DNA from: Eledone cirrhosa
Taxonomy: Eukaryota
Direction: 5' to 3'
NCBI GenBank assembly: GCA_964016885.1
Contig: OZ024743.1
Coordinates: 152,706,001-152,770,000 of the forward strand
Length of the DNA: 64,000 nucleotides
This document shows, one piece after another, positions 1-12,484 of the stretch (its first letter is position 1; every line of letters starts with the position of its first letter). The notes below the pieces were generated by a model. That model was not told where the DNA came from. It made no database searches and saw only the letters and a list, made by a program, of their open reading frames with translations. The position numbers and the translations under genes are program-made.

Positions 1-360
1 TGGTTAAACTGTTTAGTGGAGTCAGACATTGATTAGTCATTCTCGTAGTATACCAGTTGGTGCAGAATGTTGTGACATCCAGTGACTCATACAATAGCAT
101 CATTATCAACTGCTACAAGGGTAAACAAAACATGAAGTTTACTGGAAAAGTCATAGCAAAGTTGATGAGGGATAGAATTAAACTTGATGAGGTGTACCTT
201 GGCTTTATGTACTCCCTAGTGTTATAACTGCAGAAGAATTACTTAGCAAAGAATATACCCCTATATTTAGCATTTGTTGACTTGGAAAAGGCCTTTGACA
301 GAATCTCAGGCATTGTAATTTGGTGGACTCACAGGACGCTAGGGATAAATGAATTATATT
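1..360 (+). mobile_element. Degraded RTE-clade LINE reverse transcriptase fragment
   Basis: Manual translation near 225-305 gives LQKNYLAKNIPLYLAFVDLEKAFDRI, matching the RTE RT motif FVDLEKAFD; frameshifted. Confidence 0.8.
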
Positions 361-699
361 GTGAAATAAATCACTTTGATAATATTGTTGCCCATTGCAA
401 AATACACAAATGATTTATACTTTCTCCAGATTTCAGAATATTTCTAGTTTCATGTCCATTCTCTCAAGTCAGAACGATCACACTACCTTCTCTTCTAAAT
501 GATTGAGACATTTACATATTTTCTACTTTTAATGGTATTCCTTACCTCTGACATTATCGTATCAAACAGTTCGTATCGCTAATTACTTGAACACATATAT
601 AACCTTTAAAAGATACCCAAGAAAAAAAAACCAAAATGAATACAAGGCGGAGAAAAAAAGCAGCCAATGAAACAAAGTATAAAGCAAGTAACTATTTAA

Positions 700-835
700 A
701 TGATAACAGTGACAATAACGATGAAGGTGGCGATGATTATGATGATAATGAATAATAGTAATAATAATAAGTGTATTAATGATGATAATAATAATAATAA
801 TAATGATAATAGTGGTGGTGTTGGTAGTAGTAGTA
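700..835. repeat. (AAT/GAT/AGT)n trinucleotide microsatellite
   Basis: Seen directly; explains ORFs 583..864 and 700..888. Confidence 0.9.
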
Positions 836-1478
836 AAGAAAAAGGAAATTTTGTTATCATTCATATTGACTCCCTACCAAAAGGATAAAAGTAAAATGCA
901 AACCCCCAAAGACCCTGTTTAAAGCATTTTTTTTGTCTTAAGTGTTAGCAGAAGAGTAAAAAATAGCAGCTGGAATATATTTGATAACAATTTGAAAGAT
1001 TTATTTCCATATAATATGGTTAAAGTATGATATATAGTTGGTGTGGGTGAATATTGGAAATATATATAAACACACACACACATATATATATATGTATGTA
1101 TATATATATATATATATATACATATATATGGACATTATAATGCAATATGAAAGCTGATCATATTGATATGCTACATAATATTTGATAAGAGTTATTGATA
1201 AAAATTTCTAGTGTAGTACCAATATGAAAATAAACAAAACACACATGAATTATATTGGTTGGGAAAAAGTATAAATATAAATTGAAATATAGAATTTGGT
1301 TCACTTAGATAATTAATTTCTAGCTATATAAATAGACAAGCAAGAGGGGATAGACAAATAGATGAAATTCAAAGATCAACTATTTGTTTATCAACAACAT
1401 ACATATATTTTCAGAAACCTTTGTCTGTAAGTTGAGATGAGAGGCTTAGAGGTTTGGTCATAAAAGATGTATACTAAT

Positions 1479-1859
1479 AATTGTTTCTACTTTAGGCACA
1501 AGGCCAGCAATTACCCAGTTCGTTACTGGTACTTTATTTTATCGACAATAATGATTTCTTATTTAGGCACAAGACGAAACATTTTTTGCGGGAGGGGAAA
1601 GTTGATTAAATCGACCCCAGTACTTAACTAGTGCTTTATTTATTGACCCTGTAAAGTTGAATGGCAAAGCTAACCTTGGCTATAACTATGCCACAAAGCA
1701 TGTTGTCTGATGCTCTACCAATTCTACCAATCCACCACCTTATAGATGTATACTAATAATTGTTTCTACTTTAGGCACAAGGCCAGCAATTACCAGTGCA
1801 TTACTGGTACTTTATTTTATCGACCCCGTAAGGATGAAAGGCAAAGTCAACCTCGGCGG
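1479..1859 (-). mobile_element. Cluster of tRNA-derived SINE copies (two 5'-truncated young copies around an older one)
   Basis: Matches the SINE at 17229-17411 and 30041-30429; AGATGTATACTAATAAT repeated at 1465, 1744 and 1863. Confidence 0.85.
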
Positions 1860-3211
1860 TATAGATGTATACTAATAATACAAATGATTCTGGATTCTAA
1901 TTATGCAGCAAAAGACTGGGCAAGGTATTTTGTGGAAGATCAACACTCAACCATGCAGGAAAGTCTCCCTTTTCCATGCAACTGACGTTGTCCAAAGGTA
2001 CCAGTGACATTGTAGGTAAATTAAGAACACAGAGCTGAAAGAGATATTGGAAAACATCATGTCTGACGCTCTACCAATTTCACAAATCCATCATCTTGGA
2101 CTGCTACTTTGTTTATCAACCACAAAAACATGAATGGCAAAGTTGACATTAGTAGAATTTGAACTCAGTTGCAAATAACTGGAACAAATGCCTTAAAGCC
2201 TTTTAATTTAACACCCAACAATCTGAAAAAAAGGCTGGAAGTTTTAATATTTAGAAGATGGTAAAATATATGAATCTTGATTAGTATTACTGTTTTAGTT
2301 GTTGTGGAAACCAGCCTCTGGAACCTGAAACCCATGACAGATACGACAAAAGACTGCAAAGATTAGAGATGCAGTATGGAGAAGTGTCTGCCAGCATACA
2401 AATATAAACTAACAGCCTCCCTCCATACATTCCTCCTTAGAAAATACTCTCAACCTCACTACACACTCCTTACTCTACCCAAAATCCACCCCATAGTCTC
2501 ATTACCCTCTCATCATTCTGTAAAACACTACCATACCTGTCTTAGAGACATGACATACTTTCTAACACCTTCTCTCCCTCACATCACATGACTTAACTCC
2601 CATCCCTGATATCAAAATTATCCCTTTTTTCTCACCTCTTGTCAATTATCCTTCTTACTTCCCACCTAGTCCCACTCTACACTCCTCCATTGGGTAGAGA
2701 GGCCCCTTCAGTCATGTCTATGACTGTCAACCTCTCTAGTGCTGATAAAATGCTCCCAAAACACCCTGTAAAATGGTTGGTGTTAGGAAATGCATTCAGC
2801 TGTAAAAACTATGCCAAGAAAACGGTTGAGAAGAATCTTCAGTTGCATGAATTACACAACAGGCTTTCTAGTGTTGGTGATATACCTAATACAAGCACTC
2901 AGTACACTCTGGAAATTCTGTCATAGAAATACTGCAAAACAAAGGAGCAGGACTCTTCAGCAGTATCAAAGACATGACAACTACAATAAAAATACAACTG
3001 ATGCACATGTTAGAGTGTGGGAATAGATGTGAAATGCAGACACCCAGCCCATATTAATGAGTTCCCCAAAGAAGTACACAGTACATTCAGTAGAGATCGG
3101 AAATGTAAGTGAGATGCTTAACTCCAGCCCATTTAGAAGTCAGCTCTAATTAAACACTGACCAATTCTGTTGTGAACTATCCAACCAGAGCTAGCAAGGA
3201 AAATGGATGTT

Positions 3212-3382
3212 TTGTGGTGTAGCTAGAGTGTGTGTCATTCGGGGCAGCACTTCAGTTTGTGTGCCCCCTTCTCCGCCCTCTAAAAATACAATGTGTTGCA
3301 TAAGGAATCCCTCTTAAAGTGTTTCCCCAATAAAAAATGTCACCAGGGATGGACTCCCTGTTACCCCTTAACTATTCCACTG
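3212..3382. mobile_element. Short degenerate MITE with hAT-like TIR
   Basis: Left end tgtggtgtagctag vs right end ttaactattccactg, an imperfect CAGTGGCGTAGCTAG-type inverted terminus. Confidence 0.45.
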
Positions 3383-3389
3383 TCCGCTA

Positions 3390-3690
3390 AGTGTCAGCCC
3401 TTGTGGACAATAAATGAAACCATGTCAACACCTGCTACATGGAGGGCTGGACATGCCATGGCTGATGATACGCAGACATGTGCTCAGGCTACATCATCTC
3501 CATTTCTTCCTTAACAATGAACAAATGTGGTCAGTGTTTGCTAGACACATTTTTCCCCAGCTTGTTTCCTGGCTCAAGAGAAGACTGAGAGGAAGCGTTT
3601 GGAGACTGGAATGTCTTCAGAGGTTCACGGCCCTTGACCAGTCGGGTACTGCAATCCGTGGAAACTCCACCTCGGGGTTCTAAAGAGGGT
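3390..3690 (+). mobile_element. Tx1/L1-type LINE ORF2 fragment
   Basis: ORF 3414..3683 (GGLDMPWLM...EQMWSVFARHIF) is homologous to ORF 8620..8934 (GGLGMPWLM...EQVWSPFARHVF). Confidence 0.75.
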
Positions 3691-6080
3691 TAGTGGAGGG
3701 AAAGAGCAACGACCTCCTTGGGGAGACTCTTTACATACAATGCCAGATTATTTTCCTCCCATTTCACAGCTAATGATAACTCTTCCTCCTCTCTGTTGTG
3801 ATAGATACAACCTGTCCATGTCCTTTTGGGGTGTAGAGCCCCTCGTAGTGTCAACATTTTCCTGTTTTTTTTTATCAAGCTCCCCAAGTTCATCACATCT
3901 CCACTCCATCATATCAGCGCTATACCTTAGCACTGCAACAGCCCATGTGTTGAAAGCCAGTTATCTTATTCCTACCACTTAACTTTATTTTTAACAGCAA
4001 CTTCAGTCTCCGTTTATATTCCTTTGATAATAGTTCTTTCATTTCCATCTCTTTCATTTAGTTTGTTTCTAGGATGCATAAGTATTTATACCCATTGTCA
4101 TCAATTTCTTTCATAACTTGCCTGTCTGGTAATTCAATTCCTTCCATCTTATAAAATGTACTTCACTTTAGTAGTAGCAGCCAACACTTTTTTATACCAA
4201 ATCCCATTCTTATGTCCATACTGAATGTATGAACTGCCTGTACAAGGGAATCAATATGTTCATAGGATTTCCCCTAAAGTTTTAGGTTATCCATGAACAG
4301 CAGATTGTTTATTTTAAATTCATGTCCTCTCCACTCATAACCATATTTGACCTTCTCAATACTAATGAAAGTGGAAACATTCTCAGTACATGTCTCCATG
4401 AAATATTCCTCTCTTGATGTTCACAACTCCCAATGTATATCTACATGATGTCAGCTCAGTCTTCCAACCATCCATACTGCTCATCAGAAACTATCTAATG
4501 TCAGCTGCAATAACAAACATTTCCAAACATTCTACTATCCAACTATGAGGCACCATGTCGTAAGCCTTGTGGTAATAGAGCCAGGCCATGGCAAGATTTG
4601 TGAGTCTCCTTTTACAATCTTTAAGGATCGCTTTATCAATCAACGATTAATCTTTAGTCTCCCTTCTTCTATTAGATCCCTTCTGCTCTTCAAGTGGTAT
4701 CTCCTTCAGGTATTCATACATTGCCTCAGCAATGACTGCTGTCATACGCTTTAACATAAGAGGGAAGCATAGATAGGTCTAAAGTTGTCAACTGCATTTC
4801 CATTGCTAGGGTCCTTCAAACACAAGATTGTTCTCCTAAAGGTTAGCCATTCTGGCAATCTCTTTTCTCCATTCAAGCAATTCTTTGATGAAGGGCCCTC
4901 AGCTTTTTCAACCAGAACCTTGCATACCATCTCTGCCAGGAGCTTTCTCATTCGGTGTCTTTCTACACTGGATAGTTACCATATCAGTTGTTATCTCTAA
5001 TTCTCCCTGTTGATTATCCCCAATGTCATTTATTATGTTAGTCAGCCACTCCACACTTCTATTGTGCTCTTTTCCGACACTCCAGATATCACACCAAAAC
5101 TTCTTACTTTCATCTGCATCAGAGATTACCTCATCATTCCTAACCATGCTATTTACCTCTTGATAGAATCTCTTCTGATTTTGTTGGAAAAGTACATTCT
5201 TTTTACACTGCATGATCCATTGTTCATACCTGTTAATTTTTGTATCTTTGGCAAGTACCTTTGGTTTCAGCTCCTCAATTACTTTAGTAATCTTCTTTCA
5301 CCTGATGTACTTCCCTGTAAGATGTTCAATTTTCCCCTTTTTTAATTCAACTCGTTTTTCTGTTTCCATAACATTTATATCTTTCCTCAGCATTTTCATG
5401 TCCCCTTCAATTCTCCTTTTCCACTGTGGTTCCTTGATCTGCTTTTGTGTAGTGTGTTTCAGACCTAACTCTTTAGCAATGTAGATACTTGCAGCACTGA
5501 CTAGATTGTTGGTTTCTGTGATGGTTCTAGTTGGTACTTTGTCAAGGATGTTGTTTACTTTGTTAGTTATTTCTTTTAGCTGACATTGGTTTGCTTTTGT
5601 AAATTTTTTTGGATTATTGCCTCCTAATTTAGAGATCTCCAATATATAAGCAATCACCTGTCTGTCTTTTTCTGACATGTCTTTCAGTTCATCAATGTTA
5701 ATGTCACCACCTGCATTATCTCTATTATTCAGTATCTCATCTTCCTGTTGGGTCCCGTTGTTTTCCATACTCTCATCTCTATGTGAATCTCCAACATCCT
5801 CAGCTTCTATATCCTCCATACCCTCCTGGTTTATCTTTTTCTTTATCATTTCTATCTCAATCTCAGGTAGTCATCTGTTTTTGTATATAGCCCTTGCCTA
5901 ATCACAAATCCTCTGTTCAGTTAATTCAAAGAAGCCCATCCCCTGCCATACTCGTAACATCCTTTGTCTATATCCTCTAATTGACACACCAGCTTCTAAA
6001 ATAACATTCCATAACTGCCTTGTTTACCTCCTTACTCCATTTCATTCTAGCATTTCATTCTAGCAGTTGCATTACAACAT
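3690..6080 (-). mobile_element. R4/Dong-clade non-LTR retrotransposon remnant (N-terminus plus RT)
   Basis: [39 protein letters not shown], and N-terminal GYRQRM...LTEQRICD*ARAI; many stops and frameshifts. Confidence 0.85.
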
Positions 6081-6487
6081 TATGACGTAGCTGTGTGTGC
6101 GTGTGTGTGTATATGTATATATAGTGTGTGTATATATATATAGTGTGTAACGTTTTTCGAAATATTTACTTCTGCGTTCACAGATTGATTTTTTAAATTT
6201 TAGTTTCAGAAGATCCCATTAGGGGTGAAAGCAGCGATTCTTTGCTTAAACTTTAATCTGTTATTTTAATATATATATAATTATATATTCGTGTACAGAT
6301 ATTTTTGCATACACAATAACAAAATATAAACAAAAGTATTTATTTCGCGATAAAGTATTGATTTTCTCGCACGGAAAAAAACCCGGTAATGTACGACAAA
6401 TTGTTTTTATAAGCACAAAATGTAGACACCATCCCAAGGCCGAGGTATTCCATACTTCTCTGTACTGTTATATATATATATATATTT

Positions 6488-6835
6488 GGGTTTGTTGGTT
6501 CACCACTGGATAGAACTGGTCATTCCGTGTTGTGAACCTCGATGTAATATTATGGAGAGCACTCAACGTAATGCAACTCACCCATCTTCGTTTGTGTAGT
6601 TGGTGGTGCGAGTACGGAGTTAATTGACTTGAGGGCGGCCGACAGAGGCAGAAGCTGCTAAATTGCCAGTTGCCCTCCTGTCTCTGATTTTCAGAGCCAT
6701 GGATTTTATCTGTTATATTCCTTCGTTATATTTTGAATTACCTGACGATGTCACTGGATTCATACTGAACCCGGTCATTGAAATGATCATAGTATAATAA
6801 ACCTTTCAAGGATTTACACCATTCCAGCCTCCTGT

Positions 6836-6838
<3 letters not shown>
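6488..6838 (+). mobile_element. PLE pseudo-LTR module (inverted tail plus body) between (TA)n tracts
   Basis: Homologous to 55600-55960, with the 6488-6624 part in opposite relative orientation; contains a hammerhead. Confidence 0.75.
6739..6794 (+). ncRNA. Type I hammerhead ribozyme motif
   Basis: tac-CTGACGA-[imperfect stem II]-GAAA-tgatca(palindrome)-TA-gta. Confidence 0.75.
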
Positions 6839-6883
<45 letters not shown>

Positions 6884-7029
6884 ATTATATATTCGTGTAT
6901 ACACAATAACAAAATATATATATAAAATTATATATTCGTGTATACACAATAACAAAATATAAACAAACGTATTTATTTCAGGAGGCTCGATAAGGTTAAA
7001 TATATATCAAATATATAAGAACCCTAGAG

Positions 7030-7061
7030 CAAGTCCGAGCAACGCTGGGCCATTCTGCTAG
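7030..7061 (+). mobile_element. Helitron-like 3' terminus
   Basis: gtccgagcaacgctgggc hairpin followed by cattctgCTAG then T. Confidence 0.6.
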
Positions 7062-7728
7062 TTATTGCTATTATTGGGTTATTTTGCTTAGCTCAGTTCA
7101 GTTTCTCTGTTTCCAGGTTCAGGCATTGAACCTAGGGCAATAGGTATTTTCATTGTAGAGAGAGAACTCATCTGAGAAAGTTTGCTGTTCCTAGTAGCCC
7201 AATCTTCTGTAGCTCATATTTGCAGGAAAGGAGGCTAAGGTGCAGGTCTGAGGATTGGGGTATTAATCCTAATGCTCCTATTACCACAGGGATAGTGTTT
7301 GTAGACATCCTCCACATGTGGTTGATCTCTATTTCCAGGTCTTTGTATTTGGACAGTTTTCCATTGTTTTTATAGATCTATTCTTGTCAGCTGGTACGGA
7401 GATATCTATAAGGCTACATGTCCGATCTGTTTTGGTTTTATGATGATATCTGGTCTGTTGGCAGCGATTTCTCAGTCAGTTATCACAGGCATATCCCACA
7501 AGATGGATATGTTGCCCTTTTCCATGACTGTTTTGAGTTGATGTTCATATCCTTTGTTTGAAATTTGGATGTCAGCATCCAGTGCTCATATTTGGCAATG
7601 CAGTTGTGTCTATACAGTCAGTTTTTGTCAGCTCTGGACACCTGGAGACAACATGATCTACCATTTCTTCATGTTTGTAGCATATTCTGCATAGAGGGCT
7701 AGTCCCATCTTTCACTATTCTGTGTCTA
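7062..7728 (-). mobile_element. R4/Dong LINE 3' fragment (zinc knuckle plus restriction-like endonuclease)
   Basis: Minus strand reads CRICYKHEE...HVVSRCPEL and EIAANRPDII; flanked by (TTA)-rich sequence. Confidence 0.8.
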
Positions 7729-8261
7729 TTATTATTATTATTATTATTACTATAATGTTGTTGTTGATCATCACTAGCTCAGTTTTGATCAAGCAGAAAT
7801 ATTGATCAAAGATCTTTCAGCTAAGACCCCCACATCTGTTTCTATATCTCTTACCACATTGTCTAATATATCCTTTTTAGAATGTGATTTGAGAGTTTGT
7901 ACTGGATGCTATTTCCAGTAGTTTAACTAATCATTTAGTGGTTTCCTTGTTGGTTGTTATATGTGATATAGTAGTTTCTGTGAACATCTAAAAAGCAATA
8001 AATTTAAGCTCATTAAGACTGAAAGTATGTGATAAACTAGAAAAATGGTTCTTTCATAAAGGACATGTCATTTTGACTTAAATAACAAAGATTTTTGGCA
8101 TCCACATAATATTTCTTTAAGAGAATAAAGAGAGAACGTGTTATGTTTGTGATTTTCTCAAAGAGATTGGCATCATAATTATAATTACAAGACCTGGGAA
8201 TCAAAGGAAGGCCATTGACACTTCTACTGTGTTCACTTCACCACGTGAATAATAATAATTA

Positions 8262-8533
8262 TTATTTCTACTATTGGCACAAGGCCAGCAATTACCCAGT
8301 ACATTACTGGTACTTTATTTTATCGACCCCGTAAGGATGAAAGGCAAAATTAACCTCGGCGGGATTTGAATTCAGACCATAAAGCGCCGTAACTCTTTGC
8401 TGCAAAGCATGGCGTCCAACCCTCTACCTATACTGCCAATCCACTAATAATAATAATAATTATTATTTCTACTTTAGGCACAAGGCCAGCAATTACCCAG
8501 TGCATTACTGGTACTTTATTTTATCGACCCCGT
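8262..8533 (-). mobile_element. Near-full SINE plus a 5'-truncated SINE in (AAT)n
   Basis: Near identity to the SINE at 30041-30224. Confidence 0.9.
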
Positions 8534-8544
8534 AATAATAATAA

Positions 8545-10620
8545 TACTTTCTTTATTGACCACAAGGGTTGACAAAGTATAACATTAAGGACAGTACAGG
8601 ATGGTTCAAATAGGCATTTCTACGTGTAAAAAAAAATTATATATATAAAAAAACAAAAACAAAGGATGTAACAAATTAAAGAAACAAGGAAAAATTCCTC
8701 AATAGGGGAGAGACAACCGAGAGTTACTCTTGGTTTTCGCCTAACCCATGACTGTAGCTCCATCAAGGAGATGAGCTGGGAAAAAACATGTCTAGCAAAC
8801 GGCGACCACACCTGTTCACCATCTAGGAAGAGGTGGAGATGCCGTAGCGTGAGTTCATGTCCGTGCATCATCAGCCACGGCATGCCCAGGCCTCCCTGTA
8901 GTGAGAGTTGATAGCAGATGGACCACCTGACCATTGGACCGCGTCACTTCCATAAAAAGCAAAAGTGCAGACACTCCAGTGCAGTCAGGCGAGGCTTAGG
9001 AAAAGGCACGATGGTCAGGCTGTAGTAGATGACAAACACAATGTGTGCGTTCGCCACCTCTGCTCAACCTTTCAGAAATAGCTTCCTCTCGGCAAATTTC
9101 TGAGTGAGAGAAGCCACCATGCTCGTCACCTCGTCCCAGTTTTTGTCCGTCTTGAGGTCCAGACTAAACCAGACCCCTAACAATTTAATGGTCCATCCGT
9201 CCTTTGCCCGACGACACTGTTGGACAGCATGGACCCGCCTCTCCAGATGCCAAGCCGCAGGCCCATCATATTTTCCTCAATCATTCGTCCTGTCACCACC
9301 TCGTATTCTCTTAGAGTATTACCGATGACCTCAATGTGTTTGGTGTTTGACACGACTACAGTGACGTCATTGGCATATGCTGACATGGTTCTCCCACACG
9401 CCAGTTCACATGGGGTGCCCCTCGATGTTTTCAGTTTATGCAGTAATGGCTCGAGAATCAATACGTACAAAAGGGACAAGAGTGGACATCCTTGGTGGAC
9501 AGAGCGCATGATGTTGAATGGTTCCGAAAGGTGACCATTCACAACAGAACAAATGTCGCTGTGCATGGCAGCGATCCAGCTTCTGAAGATTGGCCCAAAG
9601 CCGACCGCCATCAGGATCTCTGCCAGATAACGATGGTCAACCCTATTGAAAGCTTTTGACTGATCAATGCCCCACCATGCCAGGTTCGTTAGCTATCCTC
9701 TCCACGATGTATTGCATGAGGTGGAGGTTGGTGTGGATGGATCTGTCTGGAATGGCATATATCTGCGCCTCTCCCAACAGACTACCGAAAAATGGCAAAC
9801 CCTTTGATAGCACCTTGGCCAAAATCTTGAACTCTGCGTTTAGCAGAGTTATGAGCCTGAAATTATCTATCTTGTCCCCGTTGTTTGGTTCCTTTCTAAG
9901 AAACACCACTGCTCCTCACTTCATAGAGTTAGTAATTCTTCTGTTCTGCTGCCAGTTGCCGTAGATGTCCACCAAGAGGTCACCAAACAATCTGGCATGT
10001 GTATGTAAAGCTCGTAGGCTAGACCATCCAAACCAGGCGATTTACCCATTGTGCGGTTAGTCATTGCTACCCGTATTTCAGCGACTGTTATTGCCTTTTT
10101 ACAACACTCCGACTCAGTGGCCAAGAGCTGCGGCAGACCATCGAGGTAAGCACTAAAATCCATCCCACGATCTGGCCTGTTGCTGCTCCCAAACAGCTGA
10201 GCAAAGTGCTGCTGAAAAGCTGCACACATCAGCCAAGGATCGAGTAACATGTGCCCTTCATGGTCCTCCAAAGACCAGATCATGGCTATGTTGCAGCGAT
10301 GTGCCTCCACCACTCGAGCCCATCGTACGGTTTTCATCCCCTTGTGTCTGAGAGCATGCACCCTAGCACTGACAACACAGCCTTCATGCTTTGCATTGAA
10401 AAATTGGTCGAGTGCCAATCTCGCTGCAAGCACGTCGGTCACAATGCTTTTACTAAGCGCCTCAGAGTTTTCTAAATAGTTCACCCTCTGCTTTGTTTTT
10501 CTCTATTGCTAACGCCTTACTAAACCTAATGGACTATTTTAATCGCTCTTTTCAGGGCGAACTATCATTTGTTGTTGACAATTGCCCTCGTCGACGCTCG
10601 CTCAACTAATTTGCTAACCC
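8545..10620 (-). mobile_element. Tx1/L1-type LINE ORF2 remnant
   Basis: GKSPGLDGL, DNFRLITLLNAEFKILAK, QGCPL...AYANDVTV, GGLGMP; 3' end with AATAAA and (ATT)n. Confidence 0.85.
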
Positions 10621-10629
10621 AGTCTTTGT

Positions 10630-12465
10630 AAGCTCTTCATGACCTTAATGATATCAACAGGTGCAGGCTGAATAACATCATGGATGCCTATAACGAAGGT
10701 CCCCACAAGATTTGAAATAAATCGGACACCATCGACAAAACAATAATAAATATACTAAGAAAATGAGACGAAATATAATGGAGGAGGGCCAACAAAGCTT
10801 ACAAAAAATAAATTTTATACACGGATCGTCTTATAACATAATTTTCTTTAATAAAATTAGTTGAAAATCAGCCGCAGCACTACAAGGAGTTTGAAATCAA
10901 AACAAAAAAAATAACGATACATATAAGTAATAAAATTTACTGATTGTATTACAAATGCCTGTATTATAAACACAATGGAAAATGTACACAAAACAATCAC
11001 ACGGATGTACAGACGTTCGCTCTTTGAACTTAAGGAAAAAATATATGTTAACAAATGCACACAAAACCTTACAGACACAGAAGCACAAAAGCTGATACCC
11101 CAAAAAATGATAAAGATCTAAATAATAAACCAGACTCTAATCCTCAAGTACCACAAATAAAAACAAAAAGACACAAACGAATAACTGAGGAATATGCTTC
11201 AATCATACACGCGTACCTTTTGGCAACATTATACCCTTAAAACAAAAACACGACACACTTTACCCTAATAAACTAGAAAATTTAAGAAGATACATATTAA
11301 AAACAAAAACAAAAAAAATAGTAGACACTGAAATTGAACATCTAAAAAAAAACGCATAACGAAAACACAAATAGTTAACAATAATTAATGAGATAAAGTA
11401 AATAACAAAACAGAGCAAACCCCAACCATAAAAGATATACAGAGTGCTAACCAACACTATCAGATTACAGATAACACAAACAAAAATACAAATTAAAATA
11501 AATAGATATAAAGAAAAAGATAGAGAAAATAACCCCTAATGACGAAATTCAAGATTACAAGAGGATAAAGAAGGAAATACTTCAAGTATTCCAAACAATA
11601 AGTGATCCTCCTATAGAACAAAGAGTAAATCTCCAAAAGATTAAAATTAATAATAAAGTAGCAACCCTTATATAAAACACTAACCTAGCCATCACAGACT
11701 AAATATATATGAATAAAACCACTAATATCACAGATATAAATAATGTAATATATGCAGCAGCCACTGTTGTTACAAAAGAAAATGGATACCCTCTTAGAGC
11801 TATAGAAGCTAGAAAAACAAAATCCTCTCAAACAGTTGACCACCTAATCTCTGGATGTAAAGTTTTAGCACCAGTAGAGTACAAATATAGACGTGACAGA
11901 GTTGGCCAATATCTACACTGTCAGCATTATAAAATCAAAACTGGTGACAAATAGTACATTCATCAACCTGCGACTGTAACTGAAGGGAAAAAAGTAACGA
12001 TTCTTTGGGAGTTTCTTGTATATACTGACCGGACCATAAAAGCTAATAGACCAGATATCATTGTAAAAGACCAACATAGCAAGGTCTGTTTATTGATTAC
12101 AATATCACAAGAAAAGAATTTGACTAGCTAAGAAAATATTAAAATCTGCTCATTCAAATTGAAAAGAATGTAGCACATCAAGGCTGTTACAATACCAGTG
12201 ATTGTAGGAGTACTGGGAATGATCAAGTAAGGAACAGAACAATATTTGAGAATGATCCCTGGTTTACTCTCTTTGCAAGAGGTGCAAAATCTTGTTTTAA
12301 CTGGTACTGCACACGTATTGAGAAGAGCACTATCTTTCTGAAAATTATAATCAATTTTGTGTGTTAATTGGCTTACCAATGTATACAGTCAGTTTATTTG
12401 CCCCAGGTGTCAGGAAGACACTCAGCATATAACGGAATCAATACTGAAGGAAAAGGAAAACCAAT
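10630..12465 (+). mobile_element. Internally deleted R4/Dong LINE
   Basis: DINNVIYAAATVV joined to TVDHLISGCKVLAPVEYKYRRDRV, then KANRPDI; ends in (TAA)n. Confidence 0.8.
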
Positions 12466-12484
12466 AATAATAGTAATAATAATT

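Noticed and set aside
546-603. Possible small minus-strand exons (also 35383-35438, 43281-43336, ~52997-53029)
   Set aside because: Splice-like ends are present, but some have stops in all frames and no coherent protein can be chained; such sites are expected by chance.
6205-6240. Hammerhead in the GAAGATCCC..GGGTGAAAGCAGCGA module (also 55030-55060)
   Set aside because: Core reads CAGAAGA or GGAAGA and there is no NUH or stem I; possibly a remnant, but not supportable.
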